Shown: positions 37,887 to 50,055 of the stretch, in pieces
Position numbering within the stretch: the stretch's first letter is position 1
Layout: the number at the start of each line of letters is the position of its first letter
Assembly: GCF_964204645.1 (NCBI RefSeq)
Contig: NC_134026.1
Coordinates: 17,456,150 to 17,520,149, forward strand
Length of the DNA stretch: 64,000 bases
Source: Tubulanus polymorphus
Lineage: Eukaryota > Animalia > Nemertea
Direction of reading: 5' to 3'
Notes under the pieces: model-generated
The model's database searches: none
Seen by the model: the letters and a program-made list of their open reading frames with translations, nothing else
What the model was told of the DNA's origin: nothing
Translations under genes and position numbers: made by a program

Positions 37887-38774
37887 TTAATTATATTCCT
37901 TCGTGTAAGGGTGATAACGAACTTGTGGTCGATGATACCTATAGTTGTGATTCAAAGAGTCATTAAAATATCTAGGATATGGCGATAATGCGTAAAAGTT
38001 CGAGTTTTGTACAGTTCTTGCGAAGTATTGTCCTGGTACGAATGAAGCAGGAAGAGGAAGAGGAAGAGGGGTGGCTCCAGCCATCCAAACCGGACTTACT
38101 GGCGTTAGTTGACTTGGTATCCGAAGACTGTCCGATCCACAAGTGCTCTCCAAATAATTCCTTCCATAATGACTTTTCGAAATCCCACGTAAAAGATCGT
38201 CACGATATTTCTCGTTGATGGTCCAGAAATTTCCGCGAGTGTCTTTTCTGCCAAGTTTCACGAATCGTTCACTCAGTGAAAGATTGTGTCGTACACAGTT
38301 TTTCCATTTACTTTTCGTTACGCGGTAATAAACGAATTGATGCTCTATAAAGTCGTAAATCTGATGCAATTGCAATTTTCCATCTTTCGACGCGAAAATT
38401 GCCATCGCTATCAGAGTTGTGTAAGAGATATTTGGTCGTTGAATATCAGCGTTCAACGTCTCTTCGGTGGTTCCTGAGGTCTGCTGTGCTGGTGTTAGAC
38501 TAACGGACGGTAAACTTCTAGGTAACATCGCAGGAACATGATGGTAGATTCCGTAAGTGGGCATCGGATATGCCAAATTGAAGTGACCTACAGTATCGTT
38601 GAAGTGACCTACAGTATCGTATTGTATGGCATTCGGTCGTATCGCTGTGGGTCTCGATACTGACTGATGATTTTTTTGATCGACGGTTGTTGAAGACACC
38701 ATGGGTGACCGAATCGGTTTCAAGGCAGTCACTTCTTGTTCCGGTATATCATCGATTGATTTTGAGCTGGACAT
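37887..38774 (-). CDS. Intronless forkhead transcription factor, divergent FoxQ2-like
   Basis: Forkhead domain RPNISYTTLIAMAI...LHQIYDFIE..F.YYR...WKNCVRHNLSLSERFVKLGR...GNFWTI; C-terminal RYHPY; TATA-like TATAAAT ~80 bp upstream. Confidence 0.9.
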   Translation of the reverse strand: MSSSKSIDDIPEQEVTALKPIRSPMVSSTTVDQKNHQSVSRPTAIRPNAIQYDTVGHFNDTVGHFNLAYPMPTYGIYHHVPAMLPRSLPSVSLTPAQQTSGTTEETLNADIQRPNISYTTLIAMAIFASKDGKLQLHQIYDFIEHQFVYYRVTKSKWKNCVRHNLSLSERFVKLGRKDTRGNFWTINEKYRDDLLRGISKSHYGRNYLESTCGSDSLRIPSQLTPVSPVWMAGATPLPLPLPASFVPGQYFARTVQNSNFYALSPYPRYFNDSLNHNYRYHRPQVRYHPYTKEYN

Positions 38775-41190
38775 TTTAGAAAATAGATATGAACCAATCC
38801 TCCTCGATGTACGATCATGTGAGTTATAGCGATATCAGCCCAGTGCCGGTATTTATAACATTCGATTTTCGGTGAGAATATCACCTTTTTGCTACTCAAC
38901 TCAATTCTTTTAAAAACATAGCGTCCTCAAAGCATTACTCGATTTTGATTAAAGTCACCGCCTGTTTACTGCGCGAAGTGATAATTAGTTTTAGTTGTTC
39001 CCCAATTATGACTTAAACTATTAGTGTGTAAACAAGTCACGATAAATCTTTGGCGGTGTTTAATGTGTTTAGATACATCTGTGTTTATTTTTGAGTAAAG
39101 AATTCATTAGTTTATTAATAAGACAATCCTGATATTAACGAGCCAAAAATTAATCGGTTGAAAACTCGTCTATTTTATGTTGTAAAAGAAGCATGATATT
39201 CTTTAGGGGTGTATTTTCTCAATTTGCGCCAGTCTTATATCATTGAAAACGATGAAAAAGAGAAATATCGGGTAGTCATTCCAAATCAGAAAAAAAAAAA
39301 CATAAGAAAGGCCAGATACTTTTCATCATACCGTATTCGTTTATTTCAAAAACATAAAGTACTCAAAGCATGCATTCAATACATCAGGAAACGAGGCAAA
39401 CTCTTTTACCGAACACATTCAAATTAATCTTTTGAATTCAATTTGTCATGGCAGTTGTATCAAACAAACAGACTAGATCAAAGGGTTCAATTCCACGCGT
39501 AGTATATTCAGCAGTCAGAAATTAAGGCTTAGGAGCTCATGTGAACTTCGTAATAGCCTCAGTCATCTTGCTTAAGTCTTGGAGTAATCAGACTTGATTC
39601 CTCCAAGCTTAAGTGTGCAGGTATTTCTCTCATATATTGAAGTTTATCTCACAGCTGGGTGTTTTATTCGCGATACGGCATCGTCAAAACGTTTTATTCA
39701 AGCAACACAACATAGCCGTGCAATGGTAACGTAAGGAAACTCCTCGATTTGATTCAACAATAAAATTCAACAAAATGTTTCAATATTCGTTGAAAATCTT
39801 TATTAGAATTTGACTTTTAAGATTTCAAATTTCCCGTGGTGTAGGTCACAATAATCTGTGACTTTTAGCGAGTTACGTGCATAAAAATCACATTATAATG
39901 TGTCCGCAAACTACGTATTAAAAATCATATTATCGTGTAGTAAATTTCTAGATAGATATATAAACTAAATGATAAGATATACTTTGATATTGTTGTAAAA
40001 GGTATTATCTAGTTTTTATCCTCTAGTTTTGATTTTGGGGGATTTTCTACTGTGGGTATTTCTACCTAAAGGGATGTTAATCGGGGAGATTTTTCACCTG
40101 GGGATCTTTATCTTGTGCACAAGATAAGGGGGTTAGATATTTACGGCGGGAGGATTGATACCTATGCACGTTCCCGTGCATTAAAACATATTGATATGTT
40201 CCCTTGAGAGCAGTCAAGAGATGTCGAGAGAGACAGATGTCAAAATTGGGGACATGTTCAGCAAATCATTATCAGCTCGGGACGGACCGCTTTTCAAACA
40301 TTTGCCTCGATTTCCACCGTGCAATAAACCTTCACATATGTACACTTACCAACAGTCAATTAGAGATATACAAAATAATGAAATACACGTGACATGAAAA
40401 ACTTTATCACCCAAAAAGATATTTCTTCAGTTATATCTTTATAATATATGCCGACAGTTTTAAGAACAGATTGATCAAAGCATTACTCGTTGCTAATTGC
40501 TAATTAATTGCGCCTTTTGATCAGATTCATAAGAAAAATTGATAATTAGTTTTATTCGTTCTCAACTGCTAATTATACCATATGAATAAAAAACTATTCT
40601 TTATGTTACGTCATTACTGCTGGCGTTGGATTGGATTTTATATGATATTTAATCCAATCCAATGCACCAGCGGTGAATACTTTACATTAAACTTTGATTT
40701 TAAACTTAAAAATTTGATTTTGAAACATAGAATATTAATTTCCTGAAAGAGTTAGCAGAAATGGTGTAAATTGAATTAATATATTTATAGAGCGTGTCAT
40801 CAAACCTTCCCAGCACCCCGCAGCCCGATATTAGATATTAAGGCTAGCTTTCTGTATTTAATTCGTATTGTAAAAATAACACGTACCGGTACAATATATC
40901 ATATCCGAAAATCATAACATAGGTAAAAATACCCAAGAATAAAATGCAGATGATATCATCTGAGATTAAGCGAACATGAGCATTGACATTGGACATAATG
41001 TATTCTTCAAATACTGAAAGCACAGTTTAGATATATCATATTTGTAGACAATTGAAATCAAAAGGTGAATTATTTTTGAGGAGAGAATCCCACAATGATA
41101 ATAAAAAGTCCGAAAAAGAAACTTCGAGATAGTAGTTTATTTCAACGTTTCGACTATATCCTAATAGTCATCTTCAGGAATAATCATTCA

Positions 41191-41237
41191 TTATTCCTGA
41201 AGATGACTATTAGGATATAGTCGAAACGTTGAAATAA
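41191..41237 (+). ncRNA. Minimal type-I hammerhead ribozyme (Penelope-type); mirror copy on the - strand at ~41137-41183
   Basis: ttattc-CTGAAGA-tgactat...atagtc-GAAAC-GTT-gaaataa: CUGANGA core, stem II, GAAA, palindromic stem III AACGTT, stem I. Confidence 0.72.
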
Positions 41238-42518
41238 GTTAGTTAAGTTAAGTTTATTTACTCCACAATTATACAATTGCACAGAGCACAAAATTAATTT
41301 ACAATAGACATTGCAACATTTAACATTAGAAATGTATTAAACATTTGCGTATATACAACGCCAATTTTTTAAGAGTTTGGCAATTTGAGTTAAACAAATC
41401 ATACAACTTTACGTTATTGGGGAATCTCCAATAACGCTCCGGGATATATCTAGCTCTGGATTCCTGGAAGTACGGGCAGACGAGTAAAAAGTGATATTCA
41501 TCCCCCACCGCCACTAAATCACACTTTTGGCACAGCCTATTGGCACGGGCAATTCCACGCCACCGCCCAACTTCCACCGGTAGCCTGTGAGCTGAGCATC
41601 TAAATCTACATAAAGTTAACCGGTCCCTAGGGGTTAATTCAGTTAGATACTTTTCCATTTCGAAACGGCATTTGATTGTTAAATACGTAACAGCCATAGT
41701 GGAATCAGTAAGTTTTGCATGCCAGACTTGCATAAACTGATCCTGCAATCTCTGTTTAAGAATCAGACTCAAGTAATTCACGTTTGAAATATTTTGATTT
41801 TCCCAAATATATCCGAGCCCATTTCGGGGCAAAATTTTCTTCATAGAATCCATCCAAGAGTTAGCTTGACCATCAATATAGCTATTATAAACACAACTGT
41901 AAACCTTTGACGATAATTTATCATCAGTTATTAATTTTGCCCAAAAATTTACAATTCTAAGCTGTACGTAAACTTCGAGAGGAAAACGACCCAGTTCTCC
42001 ATAGACAAATGAGCTATTAGTAGATTTCTTTAACTTGAGTAAATATTTAAAAAATTTCAGCTGCACGCACTCAAGAACTCGGAGATTTTCGTAACCCCAA
42101 ATTTCACAACCAAATAATAGAATTGGTAATACCATGCTATCATATAACTTTAAACTAACATCAACGTCGAGTGAATATTCGCTAACCTTTTTTAAAACAG
42201 AGAACATAGCCCGCTGTGCTTGGTTTGCTAACGCTTTTCGGCACTGAGCAAAAGACCCGGTATGGGAGAATAGTATACCCAAATACTTATAGTTATATAC
42301 TAACTCCAACACTCGACCGTTTATATTAAACTCCGGAGGGTTTCGGAGTCTTCGTTTCGAGAATATCATTACTTTTGTTTTTTCGCAATTTATTTGTAAC
42401 TTCCAATCTTTGCAATAAACATGCAGGTTGTCAATCAATTTCTGAAGACCCTGTGGACTCTCGCTCATAAGTACTGTATCGTCTGCGTACATAAGGATCA
42501 TCAATTTGACCCATGCAT
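41238..42518 (-). mobile_element. 5'-truncated non-LTR retrotransposon (RTEX-like)
   Basis: TSD AATAA (41233-41237, 42519-42523); (TAACT)n-type 3' tail; open RT C-terminal ORF. Confidence 0.88.
41326..42504 (-). CDS. LINE ORF2 C-terminal half (RT from YADD, thumb, C-terminal CCHC domain)
   Basis: LMYADD, YKYLGI, LPILLFGCEIWG, GELGRFP, RFRCSAHRLPVEVGRW, LCQKC..GDEYHFLLVCP. Confidence 0.9.
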   Translation of the reverse strand: MMILMYADDTVLMSESPQGLQKLIDNLHVYCKDWKLQINCEKTKVMIFSKRRLRNPPEFNINGRVLELVYNYKYLGILFSHTGSFAQCRKALANQAQRAMFSVLKKVSEYSLDVDVSLKLYDSMVLPILLFGCEIWGYENLRVLECVQLKFFKYLLKLKKSTNSSFVYGELGRFPLEVYVQLRIVNFWAKLITDDKLSSKVYSCVYNSYIDGQANSWMDSMKKILPRNGLGYIWENQNISNVNYLSLILKQRLQDQFMQVWHAKLTDSTMAVTYLTIKCRFEMEKYLTELTPRDRLTLCRFRCSAHRLPVEVGRWRGIARANRLCQKCDLVAVGDEYHFLLVCPYFQESRARYIPERYWRFPNNVKLYDLFNSNCQTLKKLALYIRKCLIHF

Positions 42519-43799
42519 AATAAACTACTATCTCGAAGTTTCTTTTTCGGACTTTTTATTATCATTGTGGGATTCTCTCCTCATCGCGTCAACACGGATA
42601 TAGTGTTCTACCAATCGTGAATTATTTTTATTTCATTGAAAAAAAAGTCTAGACGTGTAACAAGAAATTGACATCGGATATGATAGTCTTATCTAATAGC
42701 TGACATATGCGTGCAACATATTATTGGATATTAGAAAATGAATGCACAATTTACACATTCATTTATTTATCAATTTCATTGATTTTATTGTGCAACTATG
42801 TTCATTTACATATTGTAAGGTACACAAATAGGGCGGGTGAATATGAGCCATCGCCACGATATGGTTGCCCTGACTTAGATATTCTCGGAGCTACCCTTTA
42901 TTGGATTTTGAGGATTTCGTTGATGTCATAGGCCAGGGGTTCCCTGATGTCAATTTGTGGTCGGGTACCAAACATTCTACAACTTTTTAGCCTAGATAGA
43001 AGAGAACAGGTAAATGTTTGTATTGCACCTTGCGAAGGTGCGTGCTGCAAACAGTGTAGGGTAGCCTCGTCAATCCACTCCTCTTGAACATGTTACCTCA
43101 ATCAGTGAATCAGCTGCCGAAAATTAATACCGACCGAGGCCGAAGGCCACCAGGATCCAATCGACCAATAATGACAAAATGACAGTGTGGATCTGGTCGG
43201 TAATATGTCCAAATGAGGCTAAAATGTCAATTTTCTTCTGGGATCGATTTTTAAAAGTTATTTCGCTTAATCTTTTAAACCAATTCACGTCCCAGGTACC
43301 TCAAATTCGTGTTAAATACCACCAGGGCAAAGTCAATGAAGTGAAGGCTAGACAGGCTCCCAAGAATGCAAGGCACCATCCCTTTGTTGATAAAAACCTG
43401 GGTGCAGTTTCACGAACTAGTTTAAGGCTTAAACGGTTAAGTTTGAATTGTTGTCCTCATTGAAGAAATGAAGTAACCAATGGCAATTACACCAAAAATT
43501 TGAGTGTAACAAAGTGTCTTTCCTAAATCTGACTAACTGACAGCCTGAAAAAAATTATGTTCGAACGAATAGCCTCTCCGGTTTGAAGGGCATGGGGAAA
43601 TCTGATGTGGAATTGCGTCATGCGTTGAACTTATGGCAACGCATTAGGAACTGAAATCCGGCAATTTTCAGTGGGTTTTTTCAGGATATGTGGATTTCAT
43701 GGTATTTTCAACAAGATTGGGTCATTGAATTATCTTACAATGAACTTCATCGATCAAACCTGTTGAAAAGATGCTGAAATCTCCTTAGCAACGGGGGCA

Positions 43800-44090
43800 A
43801 ATTTATAACAAATGCGACAATACAGCATTGCACAGGTTCGAATCCTGGAGAATTATGCATACGCTTGTCACAGCAGTCAATTTGAAGCAGTCAGTCTGAG
43901 ATTTGAATGACTCGTATGGCAGCGTGGACCGGACCAAAATGCATCCCCAGGGCAAAGGAAAAAGAAACTGGGCAGAGCCAGGAATGTTATTAAGGGATCA
44001 AACAAATGTTTGGCTGCAATCTGAGTCTCAGAGGAAAATAGGGGTAAAATTGTAGAGCCCTAGTAGATCCCCACCTTTTGTGATTGACGC
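43800..44090 (+). mobile_element. Degenerate tRNA-derived SINE
   Basis: B-box GGTTCGAATCC at ~43835, core-like GGCAGCGTGGACCGG..CCCCAGGG, 3' TGTAGAGCCCTAG. Confidence 0.4.
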
Positions 44091-44765
44091 AATCTAGGCT
44101 ACTGAATTACAAATCACTGCGCTAGCTTCAGAATATCTCATGGAATCCAATGCAGTGATTTACTTAATGATATCTTCACTAGAAAGTAGATTTTTGGCCT
44201 GGTTTTTATCTCACAATCGTGACGATCTTTCAATAGGATCCCATATTGGATTGGAAAATTTAAAGTGAAGATTTGTCTAAAGTAGTTACTGAAACGATGT
44301 GAGCGTAATTAGTGCATAAAACTAATCAAACTTTCGTCAACAGTCACTGAGTTTATTAATGCTAGCCAAATAGTCTGATATGTCTGTTGAAATTGACAAG
44401 AAATTGTTATTTGCTTCCTCAAATTGAGTGGTTTATGAAACATTGTTTCAGCGAATATTCTTAAAAAATCTTCACTTAGAAGATATCGTGAAGATATCTT
44501 AAAATAAACCTACTGAATTGCTGATGACATTTTTATTCTGAAACGGTGATATTTTAATGTAATCAATTGAACCATTTCCGTGCGGATCTGCACTTATACC
44601 AAAATGGGTTTTTGAGGAAAAAAATGGGTTTTAACTTTATGTCTTGATATTAATCGTGGCACTATAACACATCATCTAACATGGATATGGGATTACTCCC
44701 CACTAAGGGGAGCTATAGTTTATTTTACTATTTATATCAGTTGTACTTATCCTTAACCATTTAAT

Positions 44766-45573
44766 TTTTAGCTCGATGTGACATTTTTAGCCCAATTGGG
44801 ACTTAAGTTCCAACGGTCTATTGTGTTCACTTTTCGTCCGTCATCCATCCGTCCGTCTGTAGACGGAATCCAGTTATTTTGGGAAGTTTTGAAGACGCTT
44901 CAAGGTAATGTCTTTATATTTGGTTTATACATGCATCTACCCTAGACACATCTTCAGCCCAAAAACTGGCCCTATCAGATTCAAGATGGCCGACTGGCAG
45001 CCATTGCTGTTCACGAAAATTAGCACTTTTATACATTTTCGAAGATTTTAAGGGAAATTTTGAAGACGCTTTTATCAATTACCTTGATCGTTCGTATATA
45101 TTTGTATTCCCATCAGCATGAGAAAAATTGGGTTGATCGGACTTAAGATGGCTGTCCTGTGACCTTTTTGTGCCCTAAAATGTCTATTTTGGCCTGAATT
45201 CTGAGTCCTGTAGCTTCCTAATGGTTTGCCATTTTTCATTGCAATTTTGATGGGTATTTTTGGGAAAGGCAATAATGATGCATTTGGCACATGTCACATG
45301 TTCTATAATTATGGTCAGTTTCAAGTTTATTGGGCTTTGCATATGGTCACCGGGGGCATTGAATAGTAGAATAACTTAATATTTCCATATCATATTGGTA
45401 AATAGGCATATTTTGTTACCACAATCAATTACAAAATTGTAGCTGCTGACATGTTCTATGATTGTGGCGAGTTTCAAGGTCATTGGATGGGGCGTTGAAT
45501 ATTGAAAGTGTTAGATTTTTGAGCATCTGAGACCATTTCCCAAGTGGGCATGGTGTCCCTGGATCGCTAGTTT
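44766..45573 (+). mobile_element. Helentron-associated non-autonomous element (HINE/DINE-like); 3' part partly duplicated at ~45650-45830
   Basis: Starts TTTTAGCTC; (CCGT)n microsatellite near the 5' end; GAGC.. sub-TIR and GC hairpin ending CTAGTTT. Confidence 0.55.
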
Positions 45574-45888
45574 ATGATTCTTATGAGATTCTAAAGTCAT
45601 TGGTTTCTGTGTTTACCAGTGGTGTTTGATAGCGGAAATATTTCGATTGGAACCACCGCATATTTTCTAACCACAATCAATTGCAAAGTTGTAGCTCATG
45701 ACACGTTCTGTGATTGTGGTGAATTTCATGGTTGCTCATTGCTGTAGTGGTTCAGTTGTCTGTTGAATATTGAAATTGTCAAATTGTGGGGCATTTCTCC
45801 AAGTGGGCGGTGTTCCTGGACCGCTAGCTGTGAGGACTGTCATATTACACATCTCCTTTTTTCAGGCAATCAGAGCTGCAGATGAATT

Positions 45889-46932
45889 ATGTCATCCATA
45901 AGTTTAAAAACAAATGGCGATTTCTTCGATGATGCCGTTTATAAAGCTATTAGATCTGGTACTTTAGAGCTGTTACTGAAAGATGGGCTTAGCGCTGATT
46001 TTGTATTTACATCCGTGGACCTGCTTGTGAGTGAGCCTGTAATTGGAAAAAGTCTTTTACAAATTGCTACCACTGAAGGCAATGTCGACCTGATGAAACT
46101 GCTGATAAAATACAATTGCAATATTAATGCCGGCGTTAAAAAAATCACGACAGCAGATGATCAAGTAATTTATCAGTCACATAGAAAGCTTGATGATTTC
46201 ACTGGTACATGTTTGTATTACGCAATTTGCAGCGCCAATAATGAAGTTGTCCGACTTCTCATAAATGCTGGTGCTGATGTTAATATGAAAGGTGCTTATC
46301 AAATATGTGCTCTAACCCATGCTGTCGATAGTGAGTGTATCGATATCATACAAGCCATATTGAGAGTAAAGGATTGTAACGTTGATGCGCAGGACATCTA
46401 TGGTTTATCACCATTACACATAGCTGCGATCAATGGTCGTGCAGATATTGCATTGTTGTTACTGAAAAAACGGGCTATCGTCAATATCAAACAGTGTCAA
46501 GGAGGCACACCTTTATTCATGCTCACCGATTATGGGACGCTGAAAGTCCTCCTAGAATACGGAGCCGATCCGAACCATGCAACAAAAGAAGATGCCAACT
46601 GCGGCAGGTTGACCGCCTTGTCATCTGTATTGAGGCGGTGTCGTGACAGTCTAGTGATTGAGAGTCTTGTGTATGCTGGTGCTCAAGTAACCGTCGATTG
46701 CGTGGAAGATTCCGGTGATATGCCGCGGATTTTGAAAAATTATCCAGATTTGCTGGCATGGCTGAAAAAACAATATCGTATACCAAGGTCTTTGAAAATC
46801 CAATGCGCATTATGTATCCGAAAATGCTTATCAAAAGCCTCTAACGGAGTAGGTTTAGGTATCAACAAAAGAGTTCTTCTCTTGCCTATTCCAAATATTA
46901 TAAAAGACTTCATTTTGTTGAAGTTTGTTTGA
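45889..46932 (+). CDS. Ankyrin repeat and SOCS box-containing (ASB-like) protein, single coding exon
   Basis: Several ankyrin repeats (GLSPLHIAAINGR, GGTPLF, LINAGADVN); C-terminal SOCS box PRSLKIQCALCIRKCL...LPIPNIIKDFILL; splice acceptor at 45865. Confidence 0.9.
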   Translation: MSSISLKTNGDFFDDAVYKAIRSGTLELLLKDGLSADFVFTSVDLLVSEPVIGKSLLQIATTEGNVDLMKLLIKYNCNINAGVKKITTADDQVIYQSHRKLDDFTGTCLYYAICSANNEVVRLLINAGADVNMKGAYQICALTHAVDSECIDIIQAILRVKDCNVDAQDIYGLSPLHIAAINGRADIALLLLKKRAIVNIKQCQGGTPLFMLTDYGTLKVLLEYGADPNHATKEDANCGRLTALSSVLRRCRDSLVIESLVYAGAQVTVDCVEDSGDMPRILKNYPDLLAWLKKQYRIPRSLKIQCALCIRKCLSKASNGVGLGINKRVLLLPIPNIIKDFILLKFV

Positions 46933-46954
46933 GAATACACAACCCCGTGCTTAA

Positions 46955-47547
46955 CCCTTTAACTGGCAATCGGTCGCTAGCGACCGATTTGAATAGACCA
47001 GCTATAGTGAATAGAATAGTCAAGTATTGATTTCATTGAAGCATTCTAACTCATTTTCCTATCAGCAGATGGCGACACCAGACGGCCTACAATGTCTAAC
47101 AAGGCAGGAAAGTGATATTTCATACATTTGGCATGTAGAAGGGGGTATGGAAACCACGTGTCACGTGGGTCAGATTTCGAAAATTGAGAATATCGTTAGT
47201 AGTAATGGCCAATGCACTAAAGACGTTCTCTAGTGAGTTTGGCTGATATTTTGGACATAGTAATGAAAGATTCTGATGATAATTCATATTGGGATAAATC
47301 TCATGACAGTTTTTTATTATGGGTGGCCCAAAAATCTGGATGACCTTGGGATCTGTGACCTTGGAGTCAGACCCTGAAGGTAACACCCAAAGTTCGCAAA
47401 CATGGTATCATTTGAAAGCTTGTGAAAAGAGCTTTCATAAAATACATACAATATGGGGTTATCCCTCATATCTACTGAGTTATTAAATTTTCCCCTTGCA
47501 ATGTCCAAAATCTCTCATAGGCCGAAAAATACTTGCCAGTTAAAGGG
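46955..47547. mobile_element. piggyBac-type non-autonomous element
   Basis: TTAA TSD on both sides; TIR CCCTTTAACTGGCAA / TTGCCAGTTAAAGGG. Confidence 0.85.
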
Positions 47548-47571
47548 TTAATCCAAATTCTTATCCAACCT

Positions 47572-47852
47572 CAGGCCCGTGCCAAGCTTTTTTGAGGGGC
47601 AGTTCTATTTTTAAGAAAAAGGGCACCTTTTCACCGTAAAAAGGAGCACTTTAAATCATATTGAAAAGGAGCAGATCTTAAATAGCCTTAAAATGCCCAG
47701 GTACCTGAATAAATCATTTGAGAATGAATTACTTTTTATTTTCCAAAAGAACATGAAAATTATTCAAATTTCAAAAATCTTGACCCAAATTTTTGACACA
47801 AAATTTTAGGGGGTTCATAAGCTAACCCCGAACCCCGCTCTGCACGAGCCTG
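47572..47852. mobile_element. MITE with CAGG termini
   Basis: CAGGCCCGTGC...GCACGAGCCTG; flanking direct repeat AACCT. Confidence 0.6.
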
Positions 47853-49474
47853 AACCTGTACATTTTTTATGGTCCATCTAGCAGATATTATGTAAAATAT
47901 GTTTTTGGATCTCATAATCTGGATGGATTTCATCAGTCCTAACTGGTCCGAATAAAGTCAGGTATTCTATAGTATGATATATGGTAAGGTTGAAGGGTGT
48001 GATGACTTGTGTTTGATATCTCTTCACTACCAAAAAGCTGAACGGTAGTTGTTAGATGACACAATTGTTAGAGCGAAGTTCACTTATTATTCCTCGCAAT
48101 TAATGCTGTGATATTTCATCGGTTGTTAGCCTATATGTATGTGGCAGCGTAATTCGGGACAAAATGTGGGGGTAGTCCATTGGCATACGATAAATCACAG
48201 ACTCTTTAAGTCCATGGATAAATCTAGTATTGTATGGATTTAACAATATCTTGTGTTTGCACATGTCCCATATGGACAATCTTAATTGTGGGGATAACTG
48301 TTAACCCTTTCAGTGCGTGCGTCTACACATCTAAATGATGTGATGGACTTGGCTAGTACACCGCATCACAGTGTATTGATGTTATTAGTAATTCGTTTTA
48401 TCTCTACTGAAAGATGGCAGCACCTGTCAAAAATCAGTGAAACATCAGCATAACGATACACCGCACTAAGGTGGTGTGCCCTTAACCCTTTCAGTGCATT
48501 TACACGGCAGTTTGGTGTATAAATCGGTGATGGGTTTTGCTAGTACACCGCACTGCGGATATAAATAGTAATTAGTTTTTATCTCTATTGAAAGAAAGAT
48601 GGCAGCACTTGTCAAACATAGTGAAATAGTAATAAATAATGATACACTGCACTGCGGTGTAGACGCACCATAGTGGTATTCCGGTTATTCAACACACTAG
48701 GGTGGAATTTTTCAAAATTTTCAAATTATCTCCAACACTATAGGGTATTAATTATTCAGTACTGCAAGGGTTTTAAGTTCACTTGGCGTAGTCATAATTG
48801 ATAAGGGACCGTTGATTAAGTACGTATGGTAAGACCTCAAGGGCAAAAGCATACGATGGATACAAATATAGGTAGCTATTTACACAAAGCGTACGTACTT
48901 AATAAATCAAAGTGCACTAATTTCGACTGTAAATTGTATATAATCTTTCAGTAGCCTGGCTACTCATCTAGGTAGTTGTTCAGCCATGGGTCTGGAACAA
49001 TATAATGAATTCAATGCCCCTTTTAAAAGGGTGCATCCTAGTAAATCCCTCCAAGCGGTACAAGCTATATGGCATGATAATGAATGTCTCGAATAATAGA
49101 ATTTATTTATACTATAATTAACAGACCAGTAGAAAACAGGTGTTTGTATTTGTTTTATACTACATGATCAGTCAATGTGGAAAGTAGGTCATAGGCAACA
49201 TAATACGATGTGCGTATACAAGGTAGGACCTCGAAAAAAGGTACTATTTTTTGCGAACATACTTAATAAATGGACCCTAGTGAATGGATAAAACTGGATC
49301 AACGACCTAGTCCTGTATAATAAAATGTCAGTATCCCAGCCCGGTACAAGTATCCTTTTGTAATAGATTTTATTTAAGCCACGATCATGCAAGCGTTTTT
49401 GGCCCGTGCCAAATTTGGTCTGGGACAACTGTTGGCACGGGTGCCAAATGGACCTGAATCTGTTTGGCCCACCA

Positions 49475-50055
49475 TTGCATGTGAGAGCGCTCTCTAATTA
49501 AGCAGGGGCCAAATTTGGCTCGAGCCTGATCCGTGCCAATTTGGCCCTGGCCAAATCGTCTACTGTGATCGCGGCTATACCATGTATTTTACATTTTATT
49601 TACACATACATACCATTATACAGGAATATGTCATTGATACTGATTTTATCCTTTCACTAACAAATGCGACCAAGTTCTTGCAAACGCTTAACTTTGCATA
49701 CCAAAAACGTCCGACCAGGCCCGATCCAAACACTAGCACGAGACAAATGATTGCATTTGAATTGCTACTGGTACTGGAAACGACCCACTTCGCTTTGCTT
49801 AAGCATTGTTTAGTATCGCGTGAATGTTTTGCATGTGAGAGCGCTCTCTAATTAAGCAGGGGCCAAATTTGGCTCGAGCCTGATCCGTGCCAATTTGGCC
49901 CGGGCCAAATCGTCTACATGTGATCGTGGCTATACCATGTATTTTACATTTTATTTACACATACATACCATTATACAGGAATATGTCATTGATACTGATT
50001 TTATCCTTTCACTAACAAATGCGACCAAGTTCTTGCAAACGCTTAACTTTGCATA
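49475..50055. repeat. ~226-bp direct duplication (49475-49700, 49829-50055) spanning a MITE end and its flank
   Basis: Near-identical copies from TTGCATGTGAGAGCGCTC to GCTTAACTTTGCATA. Confidence 0.9.

Larger units (their letters stand above)
41077..42616. mobile_element. Penelope-like element remnant: inverted pLTR pair (palindrome) with a ~33-nt tail, interrupted by a LINE
   Basis: Left arm 41077-41184 is the exact reverse complement of 41190-41237 + 42519-42583; flanking direct repeat GTGAATTATTTT(T) at 41065 and 42617; hammerhead core in each arm. Confidence 0.78.
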
